Source of the DNA: Octopus sinensis
Taxonomy: Eukaryota
Length of the DNA: 64,000 nucleotides
Assembly (NCBI RefSeq): GCF_006345805.1
Contig: NC_042997.1
Coordinates: 210,490,001-210,554,000, forward strand
Direction of reading: 5' to 3'
Numbering within the stretch: the first letter of the stretch is position 1; each line of letters begins with the position of its first letter. The notes beneath the pieces were generated by a model. The model made no database searches and had not been told where the DNA came from. It saw only the letters and a program-made list of their open reading frames with translations. Shown piece after piece: positions 26,841-41,253 of this stretch. The position numbers and the translations under genes were made by a program.

Positions 26841-26873
<33 letters not shown>
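26465..26873 (+). mobile_element. 5'-truncated RTE 3' UTR copy with four 26-bp repeat units (other copies ~1080-1410, 6000-6400, 10785-10960, 16600-16795, 22560-22905, 31700-32010, 35380-35880, 41270-41490, 55070-55380, 56470-56820)
   Basis: Shared ggcgttaggaagggcatccagctgtagaaac...gcatggaaagcggacgttaaacgatgatg end, identical in layout to the 3' UTR of the LINE at 63050-63480. Confidence 0.75.
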
Positions 26874-26876
<3 letters not shown>

Positions 26877-27329
26877 TGTTAAGAGCTGAAAGAACTGCTG
26901 AGCATTCTTCTGACGCAGCAGTGATTCTGCCAGGCCATCGAACCTTTCTAGAGACAACAATATTAAATCTGGTTTCTCTTTCTCTTTAAAGTATATCTCC
27001 TAAAAACACAGAACACTTAAGTGCGTGAGAACAACAATCCTCTCTGTATCAGACACAGTCGGCCATCACCAGCTGCATACACTCCTCTTTTCAAAAGTCA
27101 CTGGAATTCTTTTCTTTTTCTTTTTCTTTTTGCAGCCATTGTTTGACACTCTTCAAGATGAGTCATGACAACCAATTGCAATTAGAGGACATTTCCTTCC
27201 ATGCCCACCCCCACCCTCCACTTTCTAATTGCTACTTGAGGCAACGAGAGTCTTTCTATGAAAGAAACTCAACTTGCTGCTAGAAGTAACAGCTAAATAT
27301 CCCTAAAATCACACTTTAAAGGTCAATCA

Positions 27330-27870
27330 AAAGGTGGCGAGCTGGCAGAACCGTTAGCACGCCGGGAAATGCTTAGCAGTATTTCGTCTGCCTCTACGTT
27401 CTGAGTTCAAATTCCACTGAGGTCGACTTTGCCTTTCATCCTTCCGGAGTCGATTAAATAAGTACCAGTTACACACTGGGGACGATATAATCGACTTAAT
27501 CCCTTTGTCTGTCCTTGTTTGTCCCTTCTGTGTTTAGCCCCTTGTGGGTTGTAAAGAAATAGGTATTTCGTCTGCCACTACGTTCTGAGTTCAAATTCCG
27601 CCGAGGTCGACTTTGCCTTTCATCCTTTCAGGGTCGATTAAATAAGTACCAGATACGCACTGGAGTCCATGTAATCGACTTAATCCCTTTGTCTGTCCTT
27701 GTTTGTCCCTTCTGTGTTTAGCCCCTTGTGGGTAGTACAGAAATAGGTATTTCATCTTCCACCTTTTGGGGTTGATTAAATAAGTACCAGTTACGCACAG
27801 GGGTCGATATAATCGACTTAATTCATTTGTCCCCTCTATGTTTAGCCCCTTGTGGGTAGTAAAGAAACAG
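27330..27870 (+). mobile_element. tRNA-derived SINE family B (Meta-domain-like core), tandem trimer; other copies ~3820-4170, 8395-8770, 11770-11995, 14760-14960, 16345-16570, 29320-29990 (three), 34440-34665, 38520-38810, 48268-48500, 50690-51280 (two to three), 60010-60180
   Basis: Head ggcgagctggcagaa..gagttcaaattcc; core gcctttcatcctttcggggtcgataaattaagtaccag; tail gtttagccccttgtggg..aaagaaata. Confidence 0.8.
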
Positions 27871-28003
27871 ATCAATCAAAAGGTCACAAACTACCTGCAT
27901 CAGTTGTTATCTGTAAGGGCACTGCAGTTGTCAAAAATTCCACGATTCCCCAAATTTCCCAACATTAGTCCTGACATGCCCATCCACCCTTTCCTCTTTA
28001 CGA

Positions 28004-28038
<35 letters not shown>

Positions 28039-28257
28039 TTCTACTTCCAAAATTGCAACCCTCTGGAATTCTCTTTGTGTTCTCTTTGACTTCCGCAAGG
28101 TCAAACCCAACAAAAATAAGTGCAGGCATGGCTGTGTGGTAAGAAGTCTGCTTCCCAATCCACATTATTCATGGTTCAGTTCCACTACGTTACACCTTGG
28201 GCAAGGGTCTTCTAAAGCCTCGTGAGTGGATTTGGTAAATGAACACCAAAAGAAGCT

Positions 28258-28315
<58 letters not shown>

Positions 28316-28363
28316 CATATGTGAAGGCTCATTGCTCAATGGTTAGAGCCCATCGTATATATG

Positions 28364-28437
<74 letters not shown>

Positions 28438-29762
28438 GTGTGTGTGGTGTGTGGGTGTGTTGTGTGTTGTGTGTGTGTGTGTTGTGTGTGTTTGCTTGTT
28501 CCCCCCCCCCCCCCAACATCACTTGACATGCAATGCTGGTGCGTTTACGTCCCCTGTAACTTAGTGGTTTGACAAAAAGAGGCTGACAGAATAGGTACTA
28601 GGCTTACAAAGAATAAGTCCTGGAGTCGATTTGCTCAACTAAAGGCGGTGCTCCAGCATGGCCACGGTCAAATGACCGAAACAAGTAAAAGAATAAAAGA
28701 AAATCACCATCATATGATGTCTGCCCTCCATGCTGGCATGGGTGGAACGGTTTGACAGGAGCCAGCCAGGCAGAGGCCTGCACCAGACTTCTGTGACTGT
28801 TTTGGCAGGATTTTTACAGCTGGATGCCCTTCCAAATGCCAACCACTCAGCAGAATGAACTTAGTGCTTTTTACATGGCACCAACACAGGTGAGGGCAGT
28901 TTTGGCAAGGTTTTTACAGCTGGATGCCCTTCCAAATACCAACCACTTTACAGTGTGGACTGGGTGCTTTTTAAGTGGCACCTACACTGACAGGGTCACC
29001 AAGTACTTGCAAGACAAAAAAATAAAATAGAAAATGGAAATAAGCTGAGAGATTATGAAAAATTTTAAGTCTACAGAGAAATCCAGATTTAACCAATAAT
29101 TTCTGTTATGCTGAGACGATTCCAGCCAATATTTTCTTTGAAGAATTTCTTCCTTTCTACTCTCCTCCCCCTACCACCTTCCCCAAACAACCATCCCAAG
29201 ATTGGATCAGAGATTTTTAGGGGGTGGTATGATGTAATGGACTGTTCCAGAGATAAATCAAAGAGAGACAGTGTTATCATCATCATCAGCATATCATTAT
29301 TATTATTATTATGATGGTAGTGAGTTGGCAGAGTTATTAGCACACTGGATGAAATGCTTAGCAGTATTTAGCCCGTTGTTTCATTCTGAGTTCAAATCCA
29401 ACCAAGGGCAACTCTGCCTTTTATCTTTTCGGGGTCAATAAATATAGTACCAGTGAAACACTGGGGTCGATATAATCCACTAGTCCCTCCTCGCAAAATT
29501 TCAGGCCTTCTGCCTATAATAGAAAGGATTATTATTATTAATATTATTAAGGCAGTGAGCTGGCAGAAACGTTAGCATGCTGGGCGAAATGCTTAGTGGC
29601 ATTTCATCAGTCTTTACGTTCTGAGTTCAAATTCCGCTGAGGTCGACTTTACCTTTCATCCTTTCGGGGTCGATAAATTAAGTAGCAGAGAAATACTGGG
29701 CTCAATATGATCAATTAATCCCCTGCCCCAAAATCTCAGGCATTGAGTCTTTAATAAAAAGG

Positions 29763-29811
<49 letters not shown>

Positions 29812-30349
29812 GCATGGTGGGTAAAATGCTTAGTGGTGTTTCATCTGTTTCTATGCTCTGAATTCAAATTCCCCTGACGTCGATTTTGCCTTTCTCACCT
29901 TTCAGGGGTCGATAAAATGAGTACCAGCCAAGCAGTGGGGTCAATGTAACTGACTACACCCCACTCCACTTGCTGGCCTTGTGCCATAATTTGAAAGCAA
30001 TCAAGTGAGCAATGAGCAGGCTGCATCGTTAGCACACGGAACAAAATGCTTCGTGGCATTCTGCCCAGTTTTATGTTCTGAGTTCAAATTCTGCCAAGGT
30101 CAACTTGCCCCTCCGCTCAAAAGTAGTTGGCCTGGTGCCAAAATCTGGATCCGTTATTATTACAACTACTACTATCAGAGTAGCATTTTTTCCTTATTAA
30201 TGAAATATTGTGTTTGAATTTTCAAGATTAAGATATGAGAGAGAGAAGGAAAGAGAAAGAGAGAGGGAGAGAGAAAGAGAGACTGAGAGAGAAAGAGAGA
30301 GAGAGAGGGATGGAGAAGAGGAAGAAGAATGTTTGAATATGTAACTCAC

Positions 30350-30473
30350 AAGAAAAGAGCCCTTCAGTGGGTTGGAGGCTAGTTGAAAGGGGACATAGTT
30401 TTATGTTGGTGTTGGGTCCCTTTTGATGAAATTTTCTACAAATCCCCATCAAATGGTGTAGATTCTGACTATA
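30350..30473 (-). CDS. Candidate upstream coding exon of the same gene (YSQNLHHLMGICRKFHQKGPNTNIKLCPLSTSLQPTEGLFS)
   Basis: Acceptor tttcttctcaacaaatttcag| and donor CTT|gtgagt; 124 nt, phase 0-1; open in one frame only; compatible with the phase-1 start of exon 6668. No recognisable domain. Confidence 0.45.
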
Positions 30474-30624
30474 CTGAAATTTGTTGAGAAGAAATCTTTC
30501 CAGAGGGGTGGGGAGAGGGGTTCCAGGAAAGTTCACACAAGTTGGCTTTGTTTCCTCCTAACTTTCAGAAAAATGGGTATTTTTAAATGAAGTTTGCTGC
30601 AGATGCTTTCGAAAGTGTGTAAAT

Positions 30625-30960
30625 TACGAATATGCTGAGACCCCATTTCGGTCATGGCTGACCCTGGGATTGCACCTAGAAAGTTACCCTCCGAGGCATA
30701 AGTCTGGGCAAGGTTGTTTATGGAAGACCAGCAGTCACCCATGTATACCAGCCTCCTCTCTCCACGACACTGGTGTTATCCAAGGGAAAGCCAAAAGGGG
30801 CCGATACAGCTTGGCACCTTTGATGTCGCAACTCATTTCTACAGCTGAGTGAACTGGAGCAACGTGAAATAAAGTGCCATGCAGCCCAGTCTGGGATTCG
30901 AACTCACAACCTCACGATTCTAAGCTTGATGTCATAACCACTGAGCCATGCGCCTTCACA
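30625..30960 (-). mobile_element. tRNA-derived SINE of a further family
   Basis: Head gtgaaggcgcatggctcagtggtt...gagttcgaatccc (A and B boxes). Confidence 0.65.
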
Positions 30961-31176
30961 TATTACGAATATAATAGAATTTTATATTCTTTTATTTGTT
31001 TCACTCATTTGACTGCAGCCATGCTGGAGCACCACCTTTAGCCGAACAAACTGACCCCAGGACTTGTAAGCCTAGTACTTATTTTATCAGTCTCTTTGCC
31101 GAACTGCTAAGTTACAGGGACATAAACACCAGCATTGGTTGTCAAGCAATAGTGGGGAGATAGACACAAATACATG

Positions 31177-31215
<39 letters not shown>

Positions 31216-32824
31216 CATCATTATCATCATCATCATCGTTTAGTGTCCGCTCTCCATGCTAGCATGGGTTGGACGGTTCAACTGGGGTCTGGGAAGCCAG
31301 AAGGCTGTGCCAGGCCCAGTCTGATCTGGCAATGTTTCTACGGCTGGATGCCCTTCCTAACGACGGGCTTCTTTCAGTTTCCACCTACCAAATCCACTCA
31401 CAAGGCTTTGGTCATCCCAAGGCTATAGTAGAAGACACTTGCCCAAGGTGCCACGTAATGGGACTGAACTCCCCCCCGGAACCATGTGGTTGGTAAGCAA
31501 GCTACTTACCACACAGCCATGCCTGTGCCTATGTAAATAAAGAAGAAAAAAACTGGTGGCTTTGCATTCATACAAACTGGACACACATCACAGACATCCA
31601 CAAAATAAAACTTTAAATTTCAAAAAAAAAAAATTGTGATGTGGGTCAGGAATCCATGAGAATTTTCTGAAACTACTTTCCTCCTCATCATCATCTTCAT
31701 CATCGTTTAACATCTGTTTTCCATGCTGGCATGGGTTGGATAGTTCGACTGGGGTCTGGGAAGCCAGAGGCTGCACTAAGTTCCAATCTAATTTGGCAAT
31801 GTTTCTACAGCTGGATGCCCTTCCTAATGCCAACCACTCTAGGAGCGTATTGGGTGCTTTTTACGTGCCACTGGCACAGGTGTCAGACGAGCTGGCATTG
31901 GCCACGATCAGATGGTGCTTTTTACGTGCCACCAGCACGGAAGCCAGTCAAGGTGGCACTGGCATCGGCCACGTTTGGATAGTGCTTTTTTACATGCCAC
32001 TGGCACAGGGGTCACGACTACAATTTCCTTTTGATTGGAAAAATGCTTTCACCCCAAATTCTGATACAATTGGAATCTATACCATATGAAACATATTTGT
32101 AGAACATGTCATTTAAAAAAATTCATTTTTTTCGGAAGTTATGAGGAAACAAAGTCAAGGGATGAGGGCACATTTGTGTAGGTATGCCAAAAGTTTTAAC
32201 ATGTAAGCCATTTTTTTTCTTTTTAAAAAGGAAACTATAAAAAGAATGATAATAAGATAGAAAGATAAATACTTACAGGGGAAATAAGGATCTAAAATAT
32301 CTCCAAAAATCAAAAGCAGATCGTCAGAAACCAACTCTCGGATAATACAGCCATGTAAATGTTATTATTATTATTATTAACAAAAACTGTTGCTTCTTTT
32401 CTTTTGTAAAGCTGTTAACTCAAGCAGAAGCTCAAAACTGTGGACACAACGTCTGGAGAGGCTAATCAGAGTTTGGTGACTACAGAATTTAAATCAATCC
32501 TATTTTGTGAAAACCTACAGGTATGTCAGAGAGAGAGAGAGAGAGAGAAAACATATTTTATAGGAGTGGGCTAGAAAGGAGAGAGGGGAAAAAAAGTAAC
32601 ACAGACAATAGCAGATGTGGACAAAAAGGACGAGAATAGATTTTTACAATGTCAACAGGATATCATAGAAGGAAGTGAAATCCTTAAAAAAGCTTTTCAG
32701 TCTTTGGTTTCCTTAAAACGAACACAACTATTATCTTAAGACAGTGGTTTGCATTACCTATTCATGACAACACATTTACTGTCATTCATATAAATTTATA
32801 TATATATTTATATATATAATAATA

Positions 32825-33378
32825 ATATAATACCAGGCAGTGGCTCTCATGGCTTCTGATCTTAACTGATTGGAAGTGTTATCATGTACATTGTTCTGTC
32901 TTGGTATAAAAGATGGGCTACAGCAAATATTCTGCTCAATACCACAGATTTGCTCGTCAGTTGTTTGACCGTAACCAGTTGAGCATGTCCTTTAGTGGCT
33001 GACGATATGTGCATCTCTGATCACGAGCAGAAGTAGTGGGGGAGCATCATAGCCATGTGTTGAGAAGGATTCTTTGGGGTTTGAATAATTCACCTCTGGA
33101 GACATGGGTGGTTTTTTCAACATCCTTAGACAACCCTTATTCAGGGACTGTTTGAGCGGGATGGGCTACTCAACCTGAAGAAAATTCTAACTGGGCCCCA
33201 CCTGCAAGGTCATGTGCAGTTTATCTTGATATGAGATCACCATGTCGCGCACATATGGTTGTGATGCATGTGCCTAGTGTGCTCTTATCAGACGGGTAGT
33301 CATGATGGGTATATTGGGCTTCGTATATTTTACCCCAGTGTCACTTTGATGGCATGAACTGCTCTCTTACTCAATAAT
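32825..33378. mobile_element. ~550-bp interspersed repeat inserted in (TAA)n
   Basis: GC-richer block with taataa repeats on both sides; no ORF. Family identity rests on recollection only. Confidence 0.4.
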
Positions 33379-33878
33379 AATAATAATAATATGAGGGAAT
33401 ATTATTCGAAACTTACAAGGAAAAATTCAATTTAGAAATACTAAATCAAATTTCACAAAATATAATATATATATCTCTTTTACTCTTTTACTTGTTTCAG
33501 TCATTTGACTGCGGCCATGCTGGAGCACCGCCTTTAATCGAGCAAATCGACCCCGGGACTTATTCTTTGGTAAGCCCAGTACTTATTCTATCAGTCTCTT
33601 TTGCCGAACCGCTAAGTGACGGGGACATAAACACACCAGCATCGGTTGTCAAGCAATGCTAGGGGGACAAACACAGACACACACATGCAAATATATATAT
33701 ATACATACATATATACGACGAGCTTCTTTCAGTTTCTGTCTACCAAATCCACTCACAAGGCTTTGGTTGGCCCAAGGCTATAGTAGAAGACACTTGCCCA
33801 AGATGCCACGCAGTGGGACTGAACCCGGAACCATGTGGTTGGTAAGCAAGCCACTTACCACACAGCCACTCCTGTGCC

Positions 33879-33942
<64 letters not shown>

Positions 33943-36404
33943 GGATAAGATCGTTAATTTAAATATTGATCTTATCAAGTGGTCAGTATGGGAATAAAAA
34001 CCTTCAAAGGTAATAATTATTATTAAAATAATAATTTAGGGTATCTAAGGGATACCACCACGCTGGAAATAGCAGCCAAACCACATTAAATGAAGATCTA
34101 GTGGTATCTCTTAGATACAATAAATTATAATATATATATATATATCAAACTAAAGTTATAGAACAAACAAATGCAAGGTCATCCGCATAACATTTCATAA
34201 TTCGAACATTTAATCATAGAATATACATTTAGACATCACGGAAGATGGAACATAATTCATCTGTACAGGCATATAAGAAAGTGCGAGAAAAAAGTTCATC
34301 ACGGTTTAGAGTTAATACTTTAGCGATTCAGAAAAATATATTTTTTTTAAAAAACATTACAACACCTAGAAAGTAAAAATATAATATAAAGTAATATATA
34401 AAAATATATAGGTATATAAAAATATATATATATATTTCTTTACTACCCACAAGGGGCTAAACACAGAGGGGACAAACAAGGACAGACAAAGGGATTAAGT
34501 CAATTACATCGACCCCAGTGCGTAACTGGTACTTAATTTATCGACCCTGAAAGGATGAAAGGCAAAGTCGACCTCGGCAGAATTTGAACCCAGAACGTAA
34601 CGACAGATGAAATACGGCTACGCATTTCGCCCGGCGTGCTAACGTTTCTGCCAGCTCGCCGCCTTGTTAAAAATATATATAGGAAGCATATAAAAAATAT
34701 ATAATATATATCATGTAAATAAAATAAAAGCTCATCGATTAGAAATCTTATTAAATAATTATTCAAGTAAGAGAAGCCTTATAGTTAAAAAAGAGGAAAC
34801 CATATTTACTTAATTCCTATGGCCATTTTAGGGGTGTATTATTATGTTTAAAACACTAGGGTGCATCAAGATAATACCTCCTTCGTCAGGGGAAAAAAAT
34901 ATAGAGAGACAGACATCATCACGTACCAGGCTAGCACAATATTGTGTGCTTTCCTATTGAAGCATTCATGCTCGGATAAGCCCAAAAGAAAGAATTAAAG
35001 CAGTAAAAAAATGTCTTGGTGATTCTCTACTAATCCTGGCAGCTGACACGTCTGCATCATTCAGGTGACAACCCTTCAACCCATGGGGCTGTTTGGGTAG
35101 TCGTTGCTGATGAGGGTTTAATGAGGTTGGAATGTAATCCCTACCTCAATCTCTTTTTAGTCACCTTTTACAAGATGCAGAGTAAGCACTGAGTCTGTTC
35201 TTTGCCTTGTTAGTCCCCTCATAATGCAAAATGAAATGTTTTGCTCAAGAACATAACACACCACCCAGTCTGAGAATTGAACCCATGTCCTGGCAATCAC
35301 GACTGCCACACCGAACCACTAGGCAACATGCCAATAAATAATATAAAATAATTTTTATGGCAGGAGATCGGGGCCTTTGGAGATACGCTATTATTGAGAA
35401 GACCCGGCAAATAACGTGAGAAGGAAACCACGCATGTCCAGCCCTGTTAAAAATACTCCTGATGCATCGGGTGATATGATATGCTTGAGAAGACCTGTTG
35501 AGTCAAGTAAAACCAATATCGTAGCTGGGGCTGGTGGACCCTGGCTGGCTCCCGTGCCAATGTCATGTAAAAGGCACCATCCGAACATGGTCAATGCCAG
35601 GTCCGCCTGACTGGCCCCTGTGCCGGTGGCATTTAAAAAGCACCATCCAAAAGAGTTTGTTGTCAGGCCCACCTTACTGGCCCCTGTGCTGGTGGCACAA
35701 AGAAAGTACCTACTACACTCTCAGAGTGGTTGGCGTTAGGAGGGACATCCAGCTGTAGTAAAACTGCCAGATCAGATTGGAGCCTGGTGCAGTCTTCTGG
35801 CTCGCCAGACCTCAGTCAAACCATCCAACCCATGCTAGTATGGAGAACGGACATTAATCAATGATGATGATGATGATGAAGAGATTGAAATATTGGGAAG
35901 AAGGACAAAGAGAGGAGAAGTGAGAATAAGTTACTGAATGCCATTGACCTTTGACCAAAATAGATTTGGCTCAATTAGACATTGTATTAAGAAAGAAGGG
36001 ATTGATGGTGATGGTGGAGGGTGATTGGACAGAGATAAAAATAGAAGTTGAAAACCCACTCCTAATTTTTATAACTGTGTGTGTGTTGTGTGTGTGTGTG
36101 TGTGTTACTAAGTACCTTTTATATCTGTGCCAGGTCAAATATATCATATAGTGTTACAGGTCTGTTGTATGTGAAGAGAATAGTGACCGTTTGTGGCCAG
36201 ACGTGACGAAGTGAAGACAACTAGATCATGATGTCTGCAAGCCAACAAGCTGTGATGGTTCCACTGCCATATGGGCTGGCTCCTAACCAATCTCTCCCAT
36301 CTGGCCAGAGACAGGCACTGCACAGTAACAGCACTGTTGTGGCTTGTAACACACTTTAGGAAAATGAATTAATCTAGAACCATCGAGGTGTTAAGAAATG
36401 AATA

Positions 36405-36601
36405 GGTGCATGTGTGTGCATACATACAAATATATGTATATATATATATATATATACACACACATAAACACACATGTGTATACCGTATGTGTACCCATGC
36501 ATGTATATACATATATATACATATGTATGTAGATGTGTATGTGTGCATCTATACATCATCATAATGCATATTTCCGTGTGTGTGTGTGTGTGTGTGTGCA
36601 T

Positions 36602-36648
<47 letters not shown>

Positions 36649-37652
36649 AACACACGAGTGTATACCGAATGTGTACCCATGCATGTATGCACATGTGCAT
36701 GTATATGCATATATATACATATGTATGTAGATGTGTGTGTGTGAGTGTGTGTGTGCATGAGTGTGTGTGTGTATGTGTGCGTGAGTGTATATGTGTGCGT
36801 GAGTGTGTGTGTATGTGTGTGAGTGTGTGTGCATGAGTGCGTGTGTGTGTGTGTGCGTGAGTGTGTATGTGTGTGCGTGAGTGTGTGTGTATGTGTGTGA
36901 GTGTGTGTGCATGAGTGCGTGTGTGTGTGTGTGCGTGAGTGTGGTATGTGTTTGCGTGAGTGGTGTGTATGTGTGTGAGTGTGTGTGCATGAGTGCGTGT
37001 GGGTGTGCGTGAGTTGTATGTGGTGTGCGTGAGTGTGTGTGTATGTGTTGAGTGTGTGTGCATGAGTGCGTGTGTGTGTGTGTGCGTGAGTGTGTATGTG
37101 TGTGCGTGAGTGTGTGTGTATGTGTGTGAGTGTGTGTGCATGAGTGTGTGTGTGTATGTGTGCGTGTGTGTATATGTGTGTGCGTGAGTGTGTGTGTATG
37201 TGTGTGAGTGTGTGTGCATGAGTGTGTGTGTGTGTATGTGTGCGTGTGTGTATATGTGTGTGCGTGAGTGTGTGTGTATGTGTGTGAGTGTGTGTGCATG
37301 AGTGCGTGTGTGTGTGTGTGCGTGAGTGTATATGTTGTGCGTGAGTGTGTGTGTATGAGTGTGTGTGCATGTGCGTGTGTGTGTGTGTGTGCGTGAGTGT
37401 GTATGTGTGTGCGTGAGTGTGTGTGTAGGGCGTGAGTGTGTGTGTATGTGTGTGAGTGTGTGTGCATGAGTGCCTGTGTGTGTGCGTGAGTGTGTATGTG
37501 TGTGCTGTGAGTGTGTGTGTGTGTGCATGAGTGTGTGTGTGTATGTGTGCGTGTGAGTGTGTGTGTATGTGTGTGAGTGTGTGTGCATGAGTGCGTGTGT
37601 GTGTGTGTGTGCGTGAGTGTGTATGTGTGCATGTGTGTGTGTATGTGTGTGC
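36405..37652. repeat. (GT)n-derived higher-order satellite
   Basis: Recurring gtgtgtgtatgtgtgtgagtgtgtgtgcatgagtgcgt units; ~150-bp duplication at ~36415-36560 and ~36595-36740. Confidence 0.9.
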
Positions 37653-38054
37653 TGTTATCATTTGACATCCCTCTTCCATGCTGGCCTAGTTTGGATGACT
37701 ATTTGACAGGGCCTGACAAGTTGGCAGGGGCCGTGCCGCTAAGCTCTACTGTATGTCGTGCCGTGGGGTTCTTACGACTGGATGCCCCTCTCGCTGCCAA
37801 CCACTTTACACACGGACTTCACCATGCAGCTCGCAAGACTAAAAAGAAAGAAAAAATAGTTGCTTTGACGGGGTGGGGGGAGGCGGCCATGTGTCAGGTG
37901 TTGATAGGAACAGGTACGGGGGAGGGATGGCTACCCTGTATGAGTGAAGGGGAAGAAGGATTGGGATGGAGATGAACGGGGAGATGAAGTTTCAGATCCC
38001 TCTCGAGGATTGTAGAGTTGGGGTTAGGCTAAGGAATGTGTGGGTGTGTATCTG

Positions 38055-38096
<42 letters not shown>

Positions 38097-39225
38097 TAGG
38101 TGGAAAGAGAGATGGATAGGTGGAGAGAGAGAGAGAGAGAAGCTAGAATAACATATTAATTAGCAAAGCAATATTCATAATTAAATTAAAAACACCATTT
38201 GATGAAAAAGCAGCACCATTTTCTTCAGCAAAACTCTACAATAATTTTCACGGAGAGAAACAGGTAAAAAAAAGAAAAAGAAAAAAAAAGAGAGAGAGAG
38301 AGTCAGAAATAGCGGAATATAATTGTGGATCTATAAAAGTTTATTGATCTTTCTTCAATCTGTTCAGTTATTAATATTTAGAATACTACGATACTGAAAA
38401 AGAAGTCAACGAAATCATGGAATTCTTGCAAAAATAGAAGTGGGGCGGAATAGCAATTGTTTGGGATTGTCAGAAGCATCTTAGAGATGATGATGATGAG
38501 GAGGATACTGCTGATGATGATGATGCTGATGGCAGCAAGATGGCAGAATTGTTTATATGCAGGATGAAATGCTTAGCAGTATTTTGCCAGTCACTATGTT
38601 CTGAGTTCAAATTCTGCCAAGGTTGACTTTGCCCCTTTCATCCTTTTGGGGTCGATAAAGTAAGTACCAGTTGATGTAATTAATTCAACCCCTCCCCCCA
38701 AAATTGCTGCCCTTGTGGCAAAATTTGAAACCATTCTTCTTCTTATTATTATTTGTCTGTCCTAGTTTGTCCCCTCTAGGTTTAACCCCCTGTAGGCAAT
38801 AAAGAAATAAATTGCTTTTATTAAGGTGGTGACCTAGCAAAATCGGTAGCATTTTGTCTATTTGTTTCGGTCATTTGACTGTGGTCATGCTGGAGTACCA
38901 CCTTTAGTCCAACAAATCGACTTCCCAGGACTTATTCTTTGACAGACTTATTCCATTGGTCTCTTTTGCTGAGCTGCTAAATTATGAGGGACATAAACAC
39001 ACCAGCATCAGTTGTCAAACAATGAGGGGCGGGGAACAAACAGACACACACACACACACATAAATATGTGTGTGTATATATATATATAGGCGCAGGAGTG
39101 GCTGTGTGGTAAGTAGCTTGCTTACCAACCACACAGTTCCGGATTCAGTCCCACTGCGTGGCACCTTGGGCCGACCAAAGCCTTGTGAGTGGATTTGGTA
39201 GACGGAAACTGAAAGAAGCCCGGTG

Positions 39226-39256
<31 letters not shown>

Positions 39257-39261
39257 ATATA

Positions 39262-39308
<47 letters not shown>

Positions 39309-39627
39309 TGTGTTGGTTTGTTTGTGTGTCTGTGTTTGTCTCCCCACCATCGCTTGACAACCGATGCTGGTGTGTTTACGTCCCCGTTACTTAGCAGTTC
39401 GGCAAAAGAGACCGATAGGATAAGTACTAGGCTTACAAAGAATAAGCCCTGGGGTCGATTTGCTCGACTAAAAAGGCGGTGCTCCAGCATGGCCGCAGTC
39501 AAATGACTGAAACAAGTAAAAGAGAGAAAATAAAAGAGAAATATAGTGAGAATTTACAAAAATACAAAAGATTAAGATGTAAACAACAAACAAGTATATT
39601 AGTTTAACGCTGGGGAAGTGAGAAAGT

Positions 39628-39663
39628 CTTTTACGTTTCGAGCGTATGCTCTTCAACAGAAAG
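39628..39663 (-). ncRNA. Hammerhead-like motif with variant core CUGUUGA
   Basis: CTTT-CTGTTGA-A-GAGC(atac)GCTC-GAAAC-GTA-AAAG; same family as 56113-56148. Confidence 0.55.
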
Positions 39664-40381
39664 GAACACAGAAAGAAACAGGGAGAGATTTTAAAAAAGG
39701 TTGGTGGCTAAAAACGCAACAGAAGACAATAAAACATTGAGACAGAGAGATGATACAAAGGAGGACAGGAGAAACAACAATTAGAAGGACAGGCATAAAA
39801 AAAAAAAAAAAAAAGGATCATTCGTGGCCTTCTTTCCTCAGTCAAGTCCCAGAAGTCATAACTGCTTTGGGCAGTTACACTTGAGACAGTTCGATTTGGT
39901 TGCCCCTAAAAAAGTCTAAGCTAAGAGCATTAGCCCTTTTTGTAAAATATATATATATATATAGTTGAAAGATAAGGAATTTGGGAAAACAAATTTCCAA
40001 ATCAATCAGGTAAAACCCTTCAGCATTATATTAATCTAAATATCGTACCTTGGGGTCTTATTTACATTATATTTATATATTCATCTATAAATATACAAAG
40101 TATCTGATAAAGCCAGTATTAATTCATTTTTGGGGATCAATCGATATGCACATATTGATTAATCCCCCAAAATTGAATTATATATATATAATATATAATA
40201 TATATATATAGAATATATATATATATATATACTACCACACATACAATAAATAATATTACAAACCTCATTGAAGACAGCAAAATCCTATGAAAGTACGGGT
40301 TACTTATTACTTATACAAAGAATGTTGGGCATTACATTGATACTCAACTGCAAGGTAACTATATAAACTGTGGTTTGTTTT

Positions 40382-40427
<46 letters not shown>

Positions 40428-40817
40428 CACATACTCTTTACTCTCTTTTACTTTTTTCAGTCATTGACTGCGGCCATGCTGGAGCACCACCTTTAGTCGA
40501 GCAACTCGACCCCGGGACTTATTCTTTTTGTAAGCCCAGTACTTATTCTATCGGTCTCTTTTTGCCGAACCGCCAAGTGACGGGGACGCAAACACACCAG
40601 CATTGGTTGTCAAGCAATGCTAGGGGAACAAACACAGACACACAAACATATATGACAGGCTTCTTTCAGTTTCCGTCTACCAAATCCACTCACAAGGCAT
40701 TGGTCGGCCCGGGGTTATAGCAGAAGACACTTGCCCAAGATGCCACACAGTGGGACTGAACCCAGAACCATGTGGTGGTTAGCAAGCTACTTACCACACA
40801 GCCACTCCTGCATCTAT

Positions 40818-40868
<51 letters not shown>

Positions 40869-41198
40869 TATCATAATAAGATGAGAAAATAGAGAGGTAG
40901 TTAAATTATTATTTATTAATTAAAAAATTGACAAACATCTCTTACACTGTTTCAATTGAGACCTTCAGAAAATTAATTAATAAGATTAAAAATTATTGGA
41001 AAATTGAATCCCTTCAGAGGTGGTTTAAGATATACAAAATAGGGGTTCAATTCCTCCATGTTGGGTAAACAGCTCCCATCTTCTCTCTGTTTACTTGTCC
41101 TGTTTTCCATTTTTTCTCGTTGTTTACATATTTAACTTGTTTGTTTACATATTTCATGTTATTTGCACCATTAGTGATGTCCTGTACCTATATATGCA

Positions 41199-41253
<55 letters not shown>

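Noticed and set aside
32275-32355. Minus-strand donor CCCT|gtaagt with upstream ATG
   Set aside because: The ATG frame stops after 14 codons, and the open frame has no good acceptor.
36110-36353. Minus-strand exon candidate with acceptor cattttcctaaag
   Set aside because: All frames stop before the only plausible donor.
36374-37679. Long ORFs of 369-404 aa (HT-rich); likewise 10211-10952, 23670-24321 and 44887-46181
   Set aside because: These are translations of dinucleotide satellites, open in several frames on both strands.
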